Below are positions 26,014 to 26,420 of a stretch of DNA of 26,420 bases, piece after piece. Source of the DNA: Candidatus Fraserbacteria bacterium (GTDB taxonomy: Bacteria > Bipolaricaulota > Bipolaricaulia > RBG-16-55-9 > JANLFV01); contig JBBIJD010000018.1 of the NCBI GenBank assembly GCA_037446135.1, positions 1 to 26,420 on the forward strand, given 5' to 3'. A program made the translations under genes and the position numbers. Positions within the stretch are counted from its first letter, which is position 1, and each line of letters begins with the position of its first letter. The notes beneath the pieces were generated by a model that was not told the origin of the DNA, made no database searches, and worked only from the letters and a program-made list of their open reading frames with translations.

Positions 26014-26420
26014 GTGGCAGAGGTCACCAATGAGTTGATCATGGCCCTCCGGGCGGAGACGGGCGTGGGGATCATGGACTGTAAGCGGGCGCTCCTCGAG
26101 AGCAAGGGGGACATCGAGGCGGCGAAGCGGCTCCTCCGGGAGCAGGGGAAAGAGCTCTTCTCCCGGGCGGGCGAGGCCGTGGAAGGGCGAGTCGCCTCCT
26201 ACATCCACCATAGTGGGAAGGTCGGAGTCCTGGTCGAGGTCGACTGTCAGACGGACTTCGCCGCGGAGAGCGGACCGTTCAAGGAGTTCGTCAAGGAGCT
26301 GGCGATGCACATCGCCGCAGCTAGGCCCCGTTACCTCGGGCCGGAGGATGTCCCTAAAGAGGTCTTAGAGCAAGAGCGGGAGATCTACCGCCGCCAAGCG
26401 GAGGCCGAGGGGAAGCCGCC
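26014..26420 (+). CDS. tsf: Elongation factor Ts (short type), 3' end outside the window
   Basis: Manual translation from GTG 26014: MAEVTNELIMALRAETGVGIMDCKRALLESKGDIEAA...EGRVASYIH..GKVGVLVEVDCQTDF...ELAMHIAA..PRY...DVP..VLEQEREIY...EGKP. Follows rpsB; SD AGGAGG. Confidence 0.96.
   Translation, partial: MAEVTNELIMALRAETGVGIMDCKRALLESKGDIEAAKRLLREQGKELFSRAGEAVEGRVASYIHHSGKVGVLVEVDCQTDFAAESGPFKEFVKELAMHIAAARPRYLGPEDVPKEVLEQEREIYRRQAEAEGKP

Noticed and set aside
1..26420. GATC abundance as evidence of Dam-type methylation
   Set aside because: Explainable by ATC/GAT codon use next to G/C-ending codons; cannot be separated from codon bias without computation.

Overview
GC-rich, densely coding bacterial chromosome segment. 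The gene style (apgM-type mutase, M32 carboxypeptidase, CGTHE-type HypD, short EF-Ts, many exported hypotheticals) suggests an anaerobic, possibly thermophilic deep-branching lineage such as Bipolaricaulota/Acetothermia; this is inference only. Housekeeping content: apgM, M32 carboxypeptidase, acyP, nitroreductase, PC4-like protein, Nudix hydrolase, malic enzyme, hypCDE, dnaB, rpsB-tsf. Three things stand out. (1) An AT-richer cassette encodes an N6-adenine methyltransferase plus an R.PabI-family (HALFPIPE, DNA-glycosylase-type) restriction enzyme. In my manual scan the PabI target GTAC occurs only once in the window, inside the methyltransferase gene, and ACGT also occurs only once. (2) A membrane-anchored one-component regulator (2 TM + extracytoplasmic loop + OmpR/PhoB winged helix, with no receiver or kinase) is followed by three 11-bp-phased TTGAYY repeats, a secreted protein and a 1014-aa exported deacetylase-phosphatase-deacetylase-like fusion. 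(3) Several proteins are architecturally odd: an HTH-less Crp protein, an internally deleted flavodoxin and a CsgG-like protein with an Ig-like insert. No CRISPR array, tRNA/rRNA, integrase or transposase was seen.
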